From an uncultured Ignavibacteria bacterium (GTDB lineage Bacteria > Zixibacteria > MSB-5A5 > SM23-73-2), in contig CAYURP010000012.1 in assembly GCA_964447175.1 (NCBI GenBank), forward strand, positions 1,110-65,109: DNA of 64,000 nucleotides. The letters are read 5' to 3'. Of the stretch, positions 26,201 through 35,418 are shown piece after piece. Below the pieces are notes generated by a model. That model did no database searches. It saw nothing but the letters and a program-made list of their open reading frames with translations, and was not told the DNA's origin. Position numbers and translations under genes: made by a program. How positions within the stretch are numbered: position 1 is the first letter of the stretch; each line of letters begins with the position of its first letter.

Positions 26201-29131
26201 GGAAGGCGACCGGATACCGAAGATATCAACTACAACGGGATTTTAGATCCTTTTAATAACTATTTCGAATACACCATAGATCTGAATAGCACAGACTGGG
26301 TAGAGGGGACTTATAATAACGGATGGAGGTTATATAGAATCCCCTTGAAGGACTCATCCACCGTTTACTATTCCGAGGTGGGAAATCCCGATTGGAATAC
26401 CATACAGTTCGCCCGACTCTGGATTACCTCCCCTGAGTCCACTCTGGTTCAGATAGCATCCATCCAGCTGGTAGGCAATAAGTGGTTGAATTCCGGAATC
26501 TCAATGCCTGAGGAAAAAGAGATACCGGATATGAAACATCAGGGTTCCTTCACAGGAGGGGGGGATCATCTCAATTGGCTGGAACAGAAACCAAGCCAAA
26601 GCAAATTCGAGATATTTGTTACCAACACCCAAGAAAATGCAGACTATTACCCACCTCCCAAGGTGGCAGGGGTACTGGACAGAAAGACAAAGGTCAGAGA
26701 GAAGGAACAGTCGCTGGTTTTAAGATTTGAGGATTTAAAACCCTATTACAGTGGCTCAGCGTATAGAGTGCTTTATTCCACCGAGGACTATACTAACTAC
26801 CATTACATGAATATGTGGATCCATGGCTCTGAGAGTACTTCAGATGTTCTGTTTTTCTTCCGGATGGGATTAGATTCTACCAATTATTATGAATATCATA
26901 CCCAGGTAGCCCCCGGTTGGAATGAAATGGTAATCGATTTCACAAAGATTACCGCCCTGAAAATAGATATGGAAAAGAATTCAAAATTTATTAGCGAAAA
27001 CAACTACACGGTAAAGGGCAGTCCATCCCTGTCTCGTATAAGATGGTTCTCCTGTGGAGTGGAGAATATGAATCTGGACTCATCTATCACTGGCGAGGTC
27101 TGGATGGATGAGCTACTGGTTACTGATGTTCGAAAAGTTCCCGGTTTTGCGGGGAACGCCTCTTTAGGTTTAAATCTGGCTGATTTTTCTGCGTTCTCAC
27201 TGAAACTGTCCAAAAGGGACAGCGAGTTCAGGGACCTGGTCAGCAAAATGGGTTCAGGGGTGAATCAAACCTCCATAAACTTCCAGAACGATATACATCT
27301 GGAGAAGCTACTTCCACCTACCTGGGGGTTCAATCTTCCCCTGAGGCTATCCTGGTCCCAGGATACCTCGATTCCCAGATTGAAAACCGGATCTGATATT
27401 GTCATTCCTTCTGAATTGAGGGATTCAGAGACCACTGAGTCTGTTGGCCGATCCTTTAGTTTTAGTGAGTCATATAATAAAAATACCCAGAACTGGCTTC
27501 TAAACATGACCCTGAAAAGGATATCCACAGGTTACTCCTATAGGGACAACAGCACCAGATCCCCCCTTACTCCGGTTAATGAGAGTCGAAGTTATAATTG
27601 GAATTTGAGCTATGGTCTTTCCCCGGGCAGGAAACTGTCTTTTCCCATTTTAGGCTGGATGAAATTGCCACTTTTACCTTCCACTCTCACCGGAACCAGA
27701 TTGTACTTGTTGCCTACCAGTGTTAGGTTTGGAGGTCAAATAAATGGGAGCAGATCTCATTCCGAGAACAGTGCAGGCAACATTACGGATACAGACATTA
27801 AGGATTTTAACGGCGATGTCAATATCACTTTGAAGCCTATAAATGCTCTGGACGCAGATTACAAATTCAATACTAAAAGAGATATCCGGGGAAAAGAAAA
27901 CTTTAAACTGTCTTTCAGTCCAAAAGAATTCAGACTGGGACAGGAGATCAGCCGAGGGCAAACATTTAATCTTACCTATACTCCCACCCTGTTCAGTTTT
28001 CTTACTCATAAGTTCTCTTTTGTCTCCAATTATTCAGAGAATTCAGATCCCAAAATACTTCTGGGAACTCGATCAGCCAAGAATTCCAATTCCCGGTCCA
28101 TCGATGTCAGTCTGAATTTAAACGACCTTCTGGGCCAAACCTCATCCTCCCCCAAATCTGATACTTTGAAATCAGGTTTTAAGATTGTTCCCTTGAACTG
28201 GCTCAGGTTTTTTACCTCAAGAATCGATCCCATAACTGGAAGTTATGGCAGAACCACAAACTCCAGCGCCTCCGGGCTTTTAGATAGACCCTCCCTGGCT
28301 TACCAATTCGGCTTCACCAGTGATCCCAATGCTCGGAGACAAATTGATCCTAATAGAACCGCCAGTGACGCCTACTCGGTAGCTAAAACTTATGACCTGA
28401 GAACCGGGGCAAAAATCTCCCGACAGATTTCAGTTACCTTCAGGTATGGTTGGGGAGCTAAGTGGACTGCCTCCACCTCAAAACCGGTCAACAATATCAG
28501 TGAAACTTTTCCCGATATAATTTTTAACTGGAACGGATTGGAGAAATTCAAGTTCTTTAACCGGGTATTTTCCAGTCTATCTTACAAATTCGGTTTCACC
28601 CGTAAGGTGGACAAATCCGAGGAGCTGAGCACAAAAAAACCATTGTCCCAGGACACAGATAAAAGGTTCTCACCTCTGGCCTATTTCAACTGCAACTGGA
28701 AAAATGGAATAAAGAATACCTTTGATATAAGCAGGAGCATAAGGGAGAGTAAGGATTTAAGAGCAATAGGAGGAAGCCAGAGCATTTCCGTTAGTTATGA
28801 GACTTCATATAAAATCACTTCCAATTATTCCTTCAGTGCGCCTCAGGGAATCAAATTACCTTTTTTAAGAAACTTGAAATTTCAGAGTAATCTGAGTTTA
28901 TCCTTAGATATAACTAAAAAGGACAGCAAACAGAAAAGCTCTGTTCAGGGACAACCCTTCAACGTGAAAGCAAACTCCACTCAATTCATCCTGGGACTTC
29001 GAGGTGGTTACAGTTTTTCCTCCAACGTGAACGGAGGTCTTATGTTGGGGTGGACGGATTACCAAGATAAAAAGACAGGAGCTAAAAGACATACCCGGGA
29101 GGTGGGGATCTGGATTGAGTTCAGATTCTAA
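23225..29131 (+). CDS. sprA: SprA-family giant outer-membrane beta-barrel protein (T9SS translocon homolog); real start may be a downstream ATG
   Basis: 1968 aa. ITGNVGTKVSVKVD, IEAGN, GLFGIKAQ.KFG.LDLTMIASQ, L.EGSEVVTLNG..L.RG..Y.I.Y..G, FIDDFES, DLGQISEDVIPN, PDTEDIN, W.LYRIPL, G.VWMDEL; ends WIEFRF. Confidence 0.9.
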   Translation: MKRGIYLMCLFDEKLRTVRRGMFVLFLAVCFFSPSPFLQAQGLKIELDYKSLYILPPEPQKEQGLSISTSPPLLKSKLRFNRKADVDYDHGYVTIHDEIGLYSIYHPFSLNLHSYIEANNRSKYRQGWLNTLNSSMKKEQSERAAGLLNFEIPVKFPKLVTKIIGEGGPGLRVNGSRRITFSGKSSWEEGLRNTATSRQSKFPSLNMEQISQFTITGNVGTKVSVKVDQDSKRQSDLENTMHLKYTGDEDGIVQSIEAGNTTLSMRSGLMGYSQNVQGLFGIKAQTKFGGLDLTMIASQEKGSTQKAEFQAGAETNVTIIRDYEYLHRTFFYLGQDVLLGHQKDDFGVGDSIIYFRLYLNDNAITNNSDRLHGIAYVDPENIDTSSEEVEYRRFEEMDYEDYQVFLVKSKTVHPNGTVTYQLPYVELNKSLNEQDVLAVYYEVLRANGSVDTVGNLNYYSTGNTDDDTSYVLKLIKHHYPKNDYITWEYEWRNVYYLRSKNMDSEGIEIDIYKGPKGGENINQDLNNQDGVRYLELLGLDRYNTRGELQPDGVFDQSQLFIDRGYLFFPQRHPFASDLSFTGNPEDTLKEKISQIYTSNVQPTITEASKYYIYSKSATRKSEYSLGHSPIIEGSEVVTLNGRHLTRGTEYSIVYEIGLIRFLTDEALDPDARVTIDYEYAPLFMPERKSLFGLQGKYDFGEKLNFDWVALYKSEKSTEDRPRVGEEPTKNFGWGGTLTYNSPSPFLTNMVDALPLLETEAESRVNFTFQGGGNVPNPNTLDKAFIDDFESALDYTDLGIRRGTWTLSSLPYTSYQRARMYWYNPYDQVRIDEIWPNKEAWRGENRTNVLNIVFLPDRPQAPVDTLTGKPVCNGIMSPLSQGNYDQSRRRFLEIWVRGDVGAMHVDLGQISEDVIPNGKVDTEDKSVYGQSDGILDEDEDTGLDGLRDNMEPGHEEYADPNGDDFEYKSDDRSQRYDYTRINGTEGNIDDPDRGRRPDTEDINYNGILDPFNNYFEYTIDLNSTDWVEGTYNNGWRLYRIPLKDSSTVYYSEVGNPDWNTIQFARLWITSPESTLVQIASIQLVGNKWLNSGISMPEEKEIPDMKHQGSFTGGGDHLNWLEQKPSQSKFEIFVTNTQENADYYPPPKVAGVLDRKTKVREKEQSLVLRFEDLKPYYSGSAYRVLYSTEDYTNYHYMNMWIHGSESTSDVLFFFRMGLDSTNYYEYHTQVAPGWNEMVIDFTKITALKIDMEKNSKFISENNYTVKGSPSLSRIRWFSCGVENMNLDSSITGEVWMDELLVTDVRKVPGFAGNASLGLNLADFSAFSLKLSKRDSEFRDLVSKMGSGVNQTSINFQNDIHLEKLLPPTWGFNLPLRLSWSQDTSIPRLKTGSDIVIPSELRDSETTESVGRSFSFSESYNKNTQNWLLNMTLKRISTGYSYRDNSTRSPLTPVNESRSYNWNLSYGLSPGRKLSFPILGWMKLPLLPSTLTGTRLYLLPTSVRFGGQINGSRSHSENSAGNITDTDIKDFNGDVNITLKPINALDADYKFNTKRDIRGKENFKLSFSPKEFRLGQEISRGQTFNLTYTPTLFSFLTHKFSFVSNYSENSDPKILLGTRSAKNSNSRSIDVSLNLNDLLGQTSSSPKSDTLKSGFKIVPLNWLRFFTSRIDPITGSYGRTTNSSASGLLDRPSLAYQFGFTSDPNARRQIDPNRTASDAYSVAKTYDLRTGAKISRQISVTFRYGWGAKWTASTSKPVNNISETFPDIIFNWNGLEKFKFFNRVFSSLSYKFGFTRKVDKSEELSTKKPLSQDTDKRFSPLAYFNCNWKNGIKNTFDISRSIRESKDLRAIGGSQSISVSYETSYKITSNYSFSAPQGIKLPFLRNLKFQSNLSLSLDITKKDSKQKSSVQGQPFNVKANSTQFILGLRGGYSFSSNVNGGLMLGWTDYQDKKTGAKRHTREVGIWIEFRF

Positions 29132-30032
29132 AGGAGCTATGATTCTGAGAAAATTTGTTTGGATTTTTCTGATCATCCCCTTTTTTTCTTGCGAAAAAGG
29201 AAAAACTCCTGAATTTGACGAAAACAGAGCCTTTCAGTATCTTCTGGAGCAGTGTGAGTTTGGGCCTCGCAATCCTGGTTCTGTAGGACATCAAAGGACA
29301 AAAAAATATTTACTTGACTTACTCAAACGACATACTAAATTTGTAAAACTGCAGGATTTTGCCTATTATGATTCCTTGAGAGGTGAAGAATTGGAGCTTA
29401 CGAATATCATCGCTTCTTTTTATCCCGAAATGAAAAGAAGGGTGATTCTTTGTGCACATTGGGATACCCAGCCTTTTGCGGATAAGGATCCCCATCCCCA
29501 AAATAGATTCCAACCCATTCTGGGAGCAAGCGACGGTGCCTCTGGTGTAGCTCTGCTTTTGGAGATAGCTTCCCTTCTTCCTACCCAAAAACCCCACTTT
29601 GGGGTGGACATTATATTCTTCGATGGGGAGGATTATGGTTCTGAGGAAAGGCTTGACATGTATTGCCTGGGTTCCCAATTTTTCTCCAGGAATTTAGGAG
29701 GTTACCAACCGGAATTCGGGATTCTGGTGGATTTGATCGGAGATAAAAACCTGGAGATCTACAGGGAGGGATATTCTGATCGATATGCAAAAGAAACAGT
29801 GGATCTAATTTGGAATCGGGCAAAAGAACTGAACCTTAATAGCTTTCGAGATTCGGTCAAGCACTGGGTATTGGATGATCATATCCCTCTTATTCGCGCG
29901 GGCATCCCCTGTGTAGATCTAATAGACCTGGACTACCCTTACTGGGATACGCTTGAGGACACACCTGATAAATGCAGTCCCCAAAGCTTAAGAGAAGTAG
30001 GCCAGGTTATTCTTAAGGTTTTATATGAATAA
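29115..30032 (+). CDS. M28-family lipoprotein, glutaminyl-peptide cyclotransferase-like
   Basis: FFSC lipobox-like; FGPRNPGS.GH, AHWDT, GASDGASG, FDGED, DLIG, DDHIPL. Confidence 0.82.
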   Translation: MSSDSKGAMILRKFVWIFLIIPFFSCEKGKTPEFDENRAFQYLLEQCEFGPRNPGSVGHQRTKKYLLDLLKRHTKFVKLQDFAYYDSLRGEELELTNIIASFYPEMKRRVILCAHWDTQPFADKDPHPQNRFQPILGASDGASGVALLLEIASLLPTQKPHFGVDIIFFDGEDYGSEERLDMYCLGSQFFSRNLGGYQPEFGILVDLIGDKNLEIYREGYSDRYAKETVDLIWNRAKELNLNSFRDSVKHWVLDDHIPLIRAGIPCVDLIDLDYPYWDTLEDTPDKCSPQSLREVGQVILKVLYE

Positions 30033-30435
30033 AGTTGTGAGATTTCCCAGTTTTACATCGCAGGAAATAAAAGCATTGATTTTCCTTCTGGTGGTTATAA
30101 TCATCGGGGGAGGAATTGCCCTTTACAAAAGGTCTCATCCCCATTTTGCCCCGGAACTTATTTTAGGTCGCACGGAAAAGGCAAACATGAATTTAATTCA
30201 GAAAGAGACATTCAAATCAAAGAAACCGAAAATCAACCACAAAATCAACATTAATATCGCTTCTAACCAAGAGCTGCAAAACCTTCCAGGTATAGGTCCA
30301 GCTTTAGCTGAAAAAATAGTAGCGCTTCGGATAAGCAAAGGTGGTCAGTTCAAAAATTTAGATGAGCTTCTGGAGGTAAAGGGGATCGGCTCAAAAAAAC
30401 TGGAGGAGATCAAAGAATGGATTGTGATAGAATAA
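30025..30435 (+). CDS. comEA: ComEA-family helix-hairpin-helix DNA-binding protein
   Basis: TM anchor; ININIAS..EL..LPGIGPALAEKIV..R...G.F..LDELLEVKGIG.KKLE. Confidence 0.88.
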   Translation: MNKVVRFPSFTSQEIKALIFLLVVIIIGGGIALYKRSHPHFAPELILGRTEKANMNLIQKETFKSKKPKINHKININIASNQELQNLPGIGPALAEKIVALRISKGGQFKNLDELLEVKGIGSKKLEEIKEWIVIE

Positions 30436-30486
30436 AAAGTTAATTCCAGACATTAGGTCAAGAGGTTTCCTAAAAGGAGAAAGTAT

Positions 30487-30969
30487 ATGAAAATAGCTAT
30501 TTATCCGGGCAGTTTTGATCCCATAACCAATGGGCATCTGGACTTGATAAGAAGAGCTTTGAATATATTTGAAAAGTTGGTGGTGGCTATAGCTGACAAT
30601 CCGGAGAAGGAATATCTCTTCACCACCCGGGAGAGGGAAAAGATGGTCAAGGAGTCTTTACAGGGGATAGAGAAGGTAGAGGTTCTGATCTTCTCCGGTC
30701 TTTTAGCTGATCTGGCTAAACAAAAAAATGCGGTAGCTATCATAAGAGGGTTGAGGGCGGTTTCCGATTTTGAATTTGAGTTTCAGATGGCTCTGATGAA
30801 TCGTAACTTAGTTCCTGATACTGAGACTTTGTTTTTGGTGCCCAGTGAAAGGTTCACCTATTTAAGCTCCAGCCTGATTAAAGACATCGCCAGATTTGAT
30901 GGTAAAATAGATGAATTTGTTCCAAAGATTGTGGGAAAAGCTTTAAAGAAGAAATTTGACTTCATTTGA
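30487..30969 (+). CDS. coaD: Phosphopantetheine adenylyltransferase
   Basis: YPGSFDPITNGHLD, RGLRAVSDFEFEFQMA, SSSLIKDIA. Confidence 0.98.
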   Translation: MKIAIYPGSFDPITNGHLDLIRRALNIFEKLVVAIADNPEKEYLFTTREREKMVKESLQGIEKVEVLIFSGLLADLAKQKNAVAIIRGLRAVSDFEFEFQMALMNRNLVPDTETLFLVPSERFTYLSSSLIKDIARFDGKIDEFVPKIVGKALKKKFDFI

Positions 30970-31031
30970 TAGTAAGTCGCGCTGCCTTATTCAGCTTTTT
31001 ATTCTTTTTAATTTTAAAGTTTAGTTTAGGT

Positions 31032-31060
31032 TTGACATATAATATTCCACTATATATATT
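31032..31060 (+). promoter_or_regulatory. Sigma70-like promoter upstream of ecfT-truA
   Basis: TTGACA-17 nt-TATATT. Confidence 0.55.
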
Positions 31061-31101
31061 AATTTCTTATGTTAGGATGAAGAGTTATTTTTTGGTGAAC
31101 T

Positions 31102-31914
31102 ATGACCTTTTTGGAAAATTTCAGATTGGGACAGTTTATTCCCCAGCAGTCAATTGTACATCAACTGGATCCCAGGACCAAAATTTTAATGATTCTGGCA
31201 CCGGTTGTATTTGCTACTTTTACCTTAAACCTTTTTATCTATTTGGTCCTCTTGGGTTTTCTATTCTCAATATTCTTTTTATCCCGACTCCCTTTTGCCG
31301 TTCTTATTAGAAATTTGAGGGTTTTTATCTGGCTTTTCATTTTAATTTTCATATTACAGCTTGTTATTACCTCCGCCTTTTTTGAGATTGTTTTCAGTTT
31401 TAGATTTTTTCATCTGAGTTCAAAAGGATTTCTAAACGGGTTGATATATTCTTTGAGATTGATGGTTTTCATTATGGGGGCTGTGGTTTTGAGCTTGACC
31501 ACATCCCCCATGGATCTGACTGATGGATTGGTTAATTCTTTCTCCTGGTTGAAAAAGTTTAAGGTCCCGGTTCAGGAGCTGGGTCTTGTGGCTATGATCT
31601 CTTTGAGATTTGTACCTTTACTGGTGGAGGAGGCATTTAATTTGAGAAAAGCTCAACTCTCCCGGGGTGCTTCCTTCCAGGGAAATTTCATTCAAAGGAT
31701 CAGAAAAACTATGCCCCTTCTGATTCCATTATTTGTTTCCTCCTTCAGAAGGGCAGATGAGCTGGCTTTAGCTTTAGATGCCAGAGGTTTCAGATCTGGT
31801 CAGGAGAGAAGCTGCTATAGGATGTTGAGGTTTAACCGGACCGATTTAATATTCTTGGTAGTTATTTTACTGCTTATGATCCTGTGCTTTTCAATCGCCG
31901 GAATGAGCGGGTGA
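31102..31914 (+). CDS. ecfT: Energy-coupling factor transporter transmembrane component T
   Basis: LGQFIP..S.VH.LDPRTK, LTTSP..L..G, ISLRFVPLL.EE, AQLSRG, A.ALDARGF. Confidence 0.93.
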   Translation: MTFLENFRLGQFIPQQSIVHQLDPRTKILMILAPVVFATFTLNLFIYLVLLGFLFSIFFLSRLPFAVLIRNLRVFIWLFILIFILQLVITSAFFEIVFSFRFFHLSSKGFLNGLIYSLRLMVFIMGAVVLSLTTSPMDLTDGLVNSFSWLKKFKVPVQELGLVAMISLRFVPLLVEEAFNLRKAQLSRGASFQGNFIQRIRKTMPLLIPLFVSSFRRADELALALDARGFRSGQERSCYRMLRFNRTDLIFLVVILLLMILCFSIAGMSG

Positions 31915-31970
31915 TATATTATTCGAAAAACCTTATAGGATGAAGCTTTTAAAGATTAAGGAGTCAGAAT

Positions 31971-32699
31971 ATTAGGAATATTAAACTGGTGATAGAATAT
32001 GACGGAAGTGATTTCTCCGGTTGGCAGATACAACCGAATCAAAGAACGGTTCAGGGTGTGATAGTGGAGGTGTTAAACAAGATATTAACGGAGGAAGTAA
32101 ATTTGATCGGTGCAGGGAGGACAGACGTTGGAGTCCACGCTTTAGCCCAGGTGGCAAGTTTTCAAACCGAAACCCAACTGGATTTAAAAGCCATTCTCGA
32201 GGGAAGCAACAGCCTTCTACCTGAAGACGTGTTGATAAAGGAGATCCAGGAAGTGGATCTGGATTTTCATGCCAGATATTCAGCCAAATCAAAGTTATAC
32301 AGATATAGGATTTATCTTAAAAGAACTGCACTTCTTAAAAGATACGTGTGGGAGGTTTTATTTCCCCTGGATTTAGATAAACTAAAGGAAGCCACACGTG
32401 TAATTGAGGGGCAGCATGATTTCTCCTCATTTTGTGTTGCCAAATCCACCAAAGAAGATAACAAGTGTAACGTGATTTATGCTAAATGGATCACAAGGAA
32501 TCAGGCTTTAGTTTTTGAAATAGAGGCTGATCGATTCCTGCACTCCATGGTCAGGTCTCTGGTGGGCACTTTAGTGGATGTGGGAAGAGGCTATTTTCAC
32601 CCGTCAGATTTTATGGATATTTTAAATTCCAGAGATAGAAAAAAAGCTGGTCTTACTGCGCCAGCTAAAGGTCTTTACCTGGTTAGAGTAAACTATTAA
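31971..32699 (+). CDS. truA: tRNA pseudouridine(38-40) synthase; probable ATT start at 31971 (ORF track starts at GTG 31989)
   Basis: [51 protein letters not shown] 7 nt before ATT-AGG-AAT-ATT-AAA-CTG. Confidence 0.95.
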   Translation: MRNIKLVIEYDGSDFSGWQIQPNQRTVQGVIVEVLNKILTEEVNLIGAGRTDVGVHALAQVASFQTETQLDLKAILEGSNSLLPEDVLIKEIQEVDLDFHARYSAKSKLYRYRIYLKRTALLKRYVWEVLFPLDLDKLKEATRVIEGQHDFSSFCVAKSTKEDNKCNVIYAKWITRNQALVFEIEADRFLHSMVRSLVGTLVDVGRGYFHPSDFMDILNSRDRKKAGLTAPAKGLYLVRVNY

Positions 32700-32716
32700 C
32701 TTTTGGAGGTTGTAAG

Positions 32717-33370
32717 ATGAAATTTTTTATCGATACGGCTAATCTGGACGAAATAAAGGAAGCTGCGAGTTTAGGGATTTTAGACGGGGTTACCACAAAT
32801 CCTACTCTTCTCTCCAAGGAAAAGGACCGGGGCGATTTCAAAACCATCTTACGTGAGATCTGTGAAGTGGTGGATGGTTCGGTATCAGCGGAAGCTATCA
32901 GTTCCGACAGGGATGGGCTGGTGAAGGAAGCAGTGGAGCTTTCCAAGATTCACAAAAATATTGTGATAAAGGTCCCTATCACTAAGGAAGGGATAAAGGC
33001 CATGAAAATTTTGTCCACCAAAGGGATCCGTACTAACTGCACCCTGGTTTTTTCCCCTATTCAGGCGCTTTTAGCAGCTAAGGCTGGAGCATCCTTTGTT
33101 AGTCCTTTTGTGGGCAGGCTGGATGATGCCTCCCATGTGGGAATGGATTTGGTGGAACAGATCGTTTCTATTTTTGATAACTACGATATATCCACTGAGG
33201 TAATCGTGGCCAGCATCAGGAATCCCCTGCATGCGGTGGAAGCTGCCCTGATGGGTGCAGACATTGCCACTATCCCCTTCAAGGTCATTGAACAATTAAT
33301 CAAACATCCCTTAACCGATGTAGGAATAAAGAAATTCCAAGAGGATTGGGAAAAAGTAAAAAAGGCTTAA
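32717..33370 (+). CDS. tal: Transaldolase/fructose-6-phosphate aldolase (short TalC type)
   Basis: [35 protein letters not shown]. Confidence 0.93.
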   Translation: MKFFIDTANLDEIKEAASLGILDGVTTNPTLLSKEKDRGDFKTILREICEVVDGSVSAEAISSDRDGLVKEAVELSKIHKNIVIKVPITKEGIKAMKILSTKGIRTNCTLVFSPIQALLAAKAGASFVSPFVGRLDDASHVGMDLVEQIVSIFDNYDISTEVIVASIRNPLHAVEAALMGADIATIPFKVIEQLIKHPLTDVGIKKFQEDWEKVKKA

Positions 33371-33373
33371 GAT

Positions 33374-34669
33374 ATGATTCCAAGATATACTCTACCCGGG
33401 ATGGGGGAGCTCTGGTCACAGGAGAATAAATACCGGAAGTGGCTTGAAGTTGAGCTCTTAGCTTGCGAAGCCAATGCAGCTTTAGGTAAGATCCCCAAAT
33501 CTGCCCTAGCTAAGATAAAAAAGAAGGCGAAATTCGATTCCGGAAGAATAGAAAAAATAGAGCAAAAGACCAGGCACGATCTTTTAGCTTTCGTTACCAA
33601 CGTGGGAGAATATGTAGGTCCGGAATCAAAATATATCCACCTGGGTTTGACCTCCTATGATGTGGTGGATACAGCTCTTTCGGTTCTCTTAAGGGAAGCA
33701 GGTGAAATCATTCTAGCTGACCTAAGGGATTTAAGTCAGGAGATAAAAAAGAAGGCTTTAAAGTACAAATACGCTCCCATGATGGGAAGAACTCACGGGG
33801 TTCATGCCGAACCTATCACCTTGGGTCTTAAATTCGCTCTCTGGTATGCGGAGACAGAGCGAAATATTCAACGTTTCAAAAGAGCAATCGAGACAATCTC
33901 TGTGGGAAAAATTTCGGGTTCAGTTGGGAACTACGCTCATGTCGATCCGCAGGTGGAAAAATATGTCTGTAAAAAACTGAAGCTAAAACCTGCTTCAGTA
34001 TCATCTCAGATACTGCAGAGGGATCGGCATGCGGAGTTTTTAACTACCCTGGCAATTATAGGCTCCTCCATTGAGAAATTCGCTACCGAGATCAGGAATC
34101 TGCAGAGGACCGAGATTCTGGAGATGGAGGAGGGGTTTGCCAAAGGACAAAAGGGATCCTCTTCCATGCCCCATAAGCGTAATCCCATTACCTGTGAAAG
34201 GCTTTCCGGTCTGGCCCGGGTGGTTCGGGGATATGCCCTATCCAGCCTGGAAAACATAGCCTTGTGGCATGAAAGAGACCTGACCGATTCATCAGTGGAG
34301 AGGGTGATCTTGCCTGATAGCACCACTCTGGTGGATTATATGTTGATCAAATTTACCCATATATTGAAGAATCTTTCGGTCTATCCGGAAAACATGCTAA
34401 AGAATATTGAAAAAACGAAGGGGTTGATTTTCTCCCAGAGGGTTTTGATGAAGTTAACCCCAACAATCGGAAAGGTAAAAGCTTATCAGGTAGTCCAGTC
34501 CAATGCCATGAAAGCCTGGAATACTGATAAAGGTTTTATGGAGTTATTGAGACAGGATAAGAGGTTGACAAAAATATTAAGCGAAAAAGAGCTTGAGGAT
34601 TGCTTCGACTTAAAATACTACTTAAAATTTGTGGATTACATTTTTAAAAGGGTTTTTGGTTCGGGTTAA
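33374..34669 (+). CDS. purB: Adenylosuccinate lyase
   Basis: MIPRY, HLGLTSYD, GRTHGVHAEP, GSSSMPHKRNP, WHERDL. Confidence 0.97.
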   Translation: MIPRYTLPGMGELWSQENKYRKWLEVELLACEANAALGKIPKSALAKIKKKAKFDSGRIEKIEQKTRHDLLAFVTNVGEYVGPESKYIHLGLTSYDVVDTALSVLLREAGEIILADLRDLSQEIKKKALKYKYAPMMGRTHGVHAEPITLGLKFALWYAETERNIQRFKRAIETISVGKISGSVGNYAHVDPQVEKYVCKKLKLKPASVSSQILQRDRHAEFLTTLAIIGSSIEKFATEIRNLQRTEILEMEEGFAKGQKGSSSMPHKRNPITCERLSGLARVVRGYALSSLENIALWHERDLTDSSVERVILPDSTTLVDYMLIKFTHILKNLSVYPENMLKNIEKTKGLIFSQRVLMKLTPTIGKVKAYQVVQSNAMKAWNTDKGFMELLRQDKRLTKILSEKELEDCFDLKYYLKFVDYIFKRVFGSG

Positions 34670-34778
34670 TTAAATAAATTCAGGAAAAGATAAGAAAGAT
34701 TAAAGATTCCCACATAGATAAAGATGGATTAAGTTTGAATATGAAAATGAATCAAAAATCTGTGACCTGGAGTAGAAA

Positions 34779-35417
34779 ATGGCAAAAGAGGGGGTAAATT
34801 TAGTTCTGGGGACGTTGATTTTTTCTTTGGTTTTGTTTTTTCTGTCATTTTTGTTGCAAGGTGAGATTCTTTTCATTGGTGGTGGGCTCTTTTTGGTTTT
34901 GTCAATTCTTTTGGCCTTTTTTTTCAGAGATCCGGAAAGGAAAATTCCAGCAGGGCGAAATTTGATACTTGCCCCAGCAGATGGCAAAATAATCTCCTTG
35001 GAAAATTTTTCGGAGAATGAGTTTTTAAAATACCCGGGTATTAAATTAAGCATATTCTTGTCCCTGTGGAATTCTCATATTAATCGAAATCCGATCTCCG
35101 GTGAAGTTAAAAAACTCAAATATCATCATGGGAGATTTCATCCTGCTTTCAAAGGAAATGCTTCCTCAGAGAATGAACAGGCTGAGATCTGGCTGGAAAA
35201 CGAGCGGGTAAGAGTGATAATGAAACAGATAGCTGGCATTTTAGCCCGTAGGATTATCTGCAGATTGAAGCCCGGGGAAAGAATTTTGGCCGGGGAGAAA
35301 TTTGGCATGATAAAATTCGGATCCCGGGTTGAGCTATGGTTGCCGGAGAAGGTAAAGATCAAGGTTCAGCTGAATGAAAAAGTAAAAGCCGGCGAGACCA
35401 TTATAGGAAGCTATTGA
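34779..35417 (+). CDS. psd: Phosphatidylserine decarboxylase proenzyme
   Basis: FFRDPER, APADGKI, QIAGILARRI, FGMIKFGSRVE (GS self-cleavage site). Confidence 0.95.
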   Translation: MAKEGVNLVLGTLIFSLVLFFLSFLLQGEILFIGGGLFLVLSILLAFFFRDPERKIPAGRNLILAPADGKIISLENFSENEFLKYPGIKLSIFLSLWNSHINRNPISGEVKKLKYHHGRFHPAFKGNASSENEQAEIWLENERVRVIMKQIAGILARRIICRLKPGERILAGEKFGMIKFGSRVELWLPEKVKIKVQLNEKVKAGETIIGSY

Positions 35418-35418
35418 G

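Noticed and set aside
30966-31310. 114-aa ORF between coaD and ecfT
   Set aside because: Overlaps ecfT in another frame and spans an AT-rich promoter; shadow ORF.
34670-34778. AAAGAT-rich quasi-repeats with CACATAGAT...ATCTGTG between purB and psd
   Set aside because: Possibly a decayed repeat element, but the period and inverted match are too weak to call.
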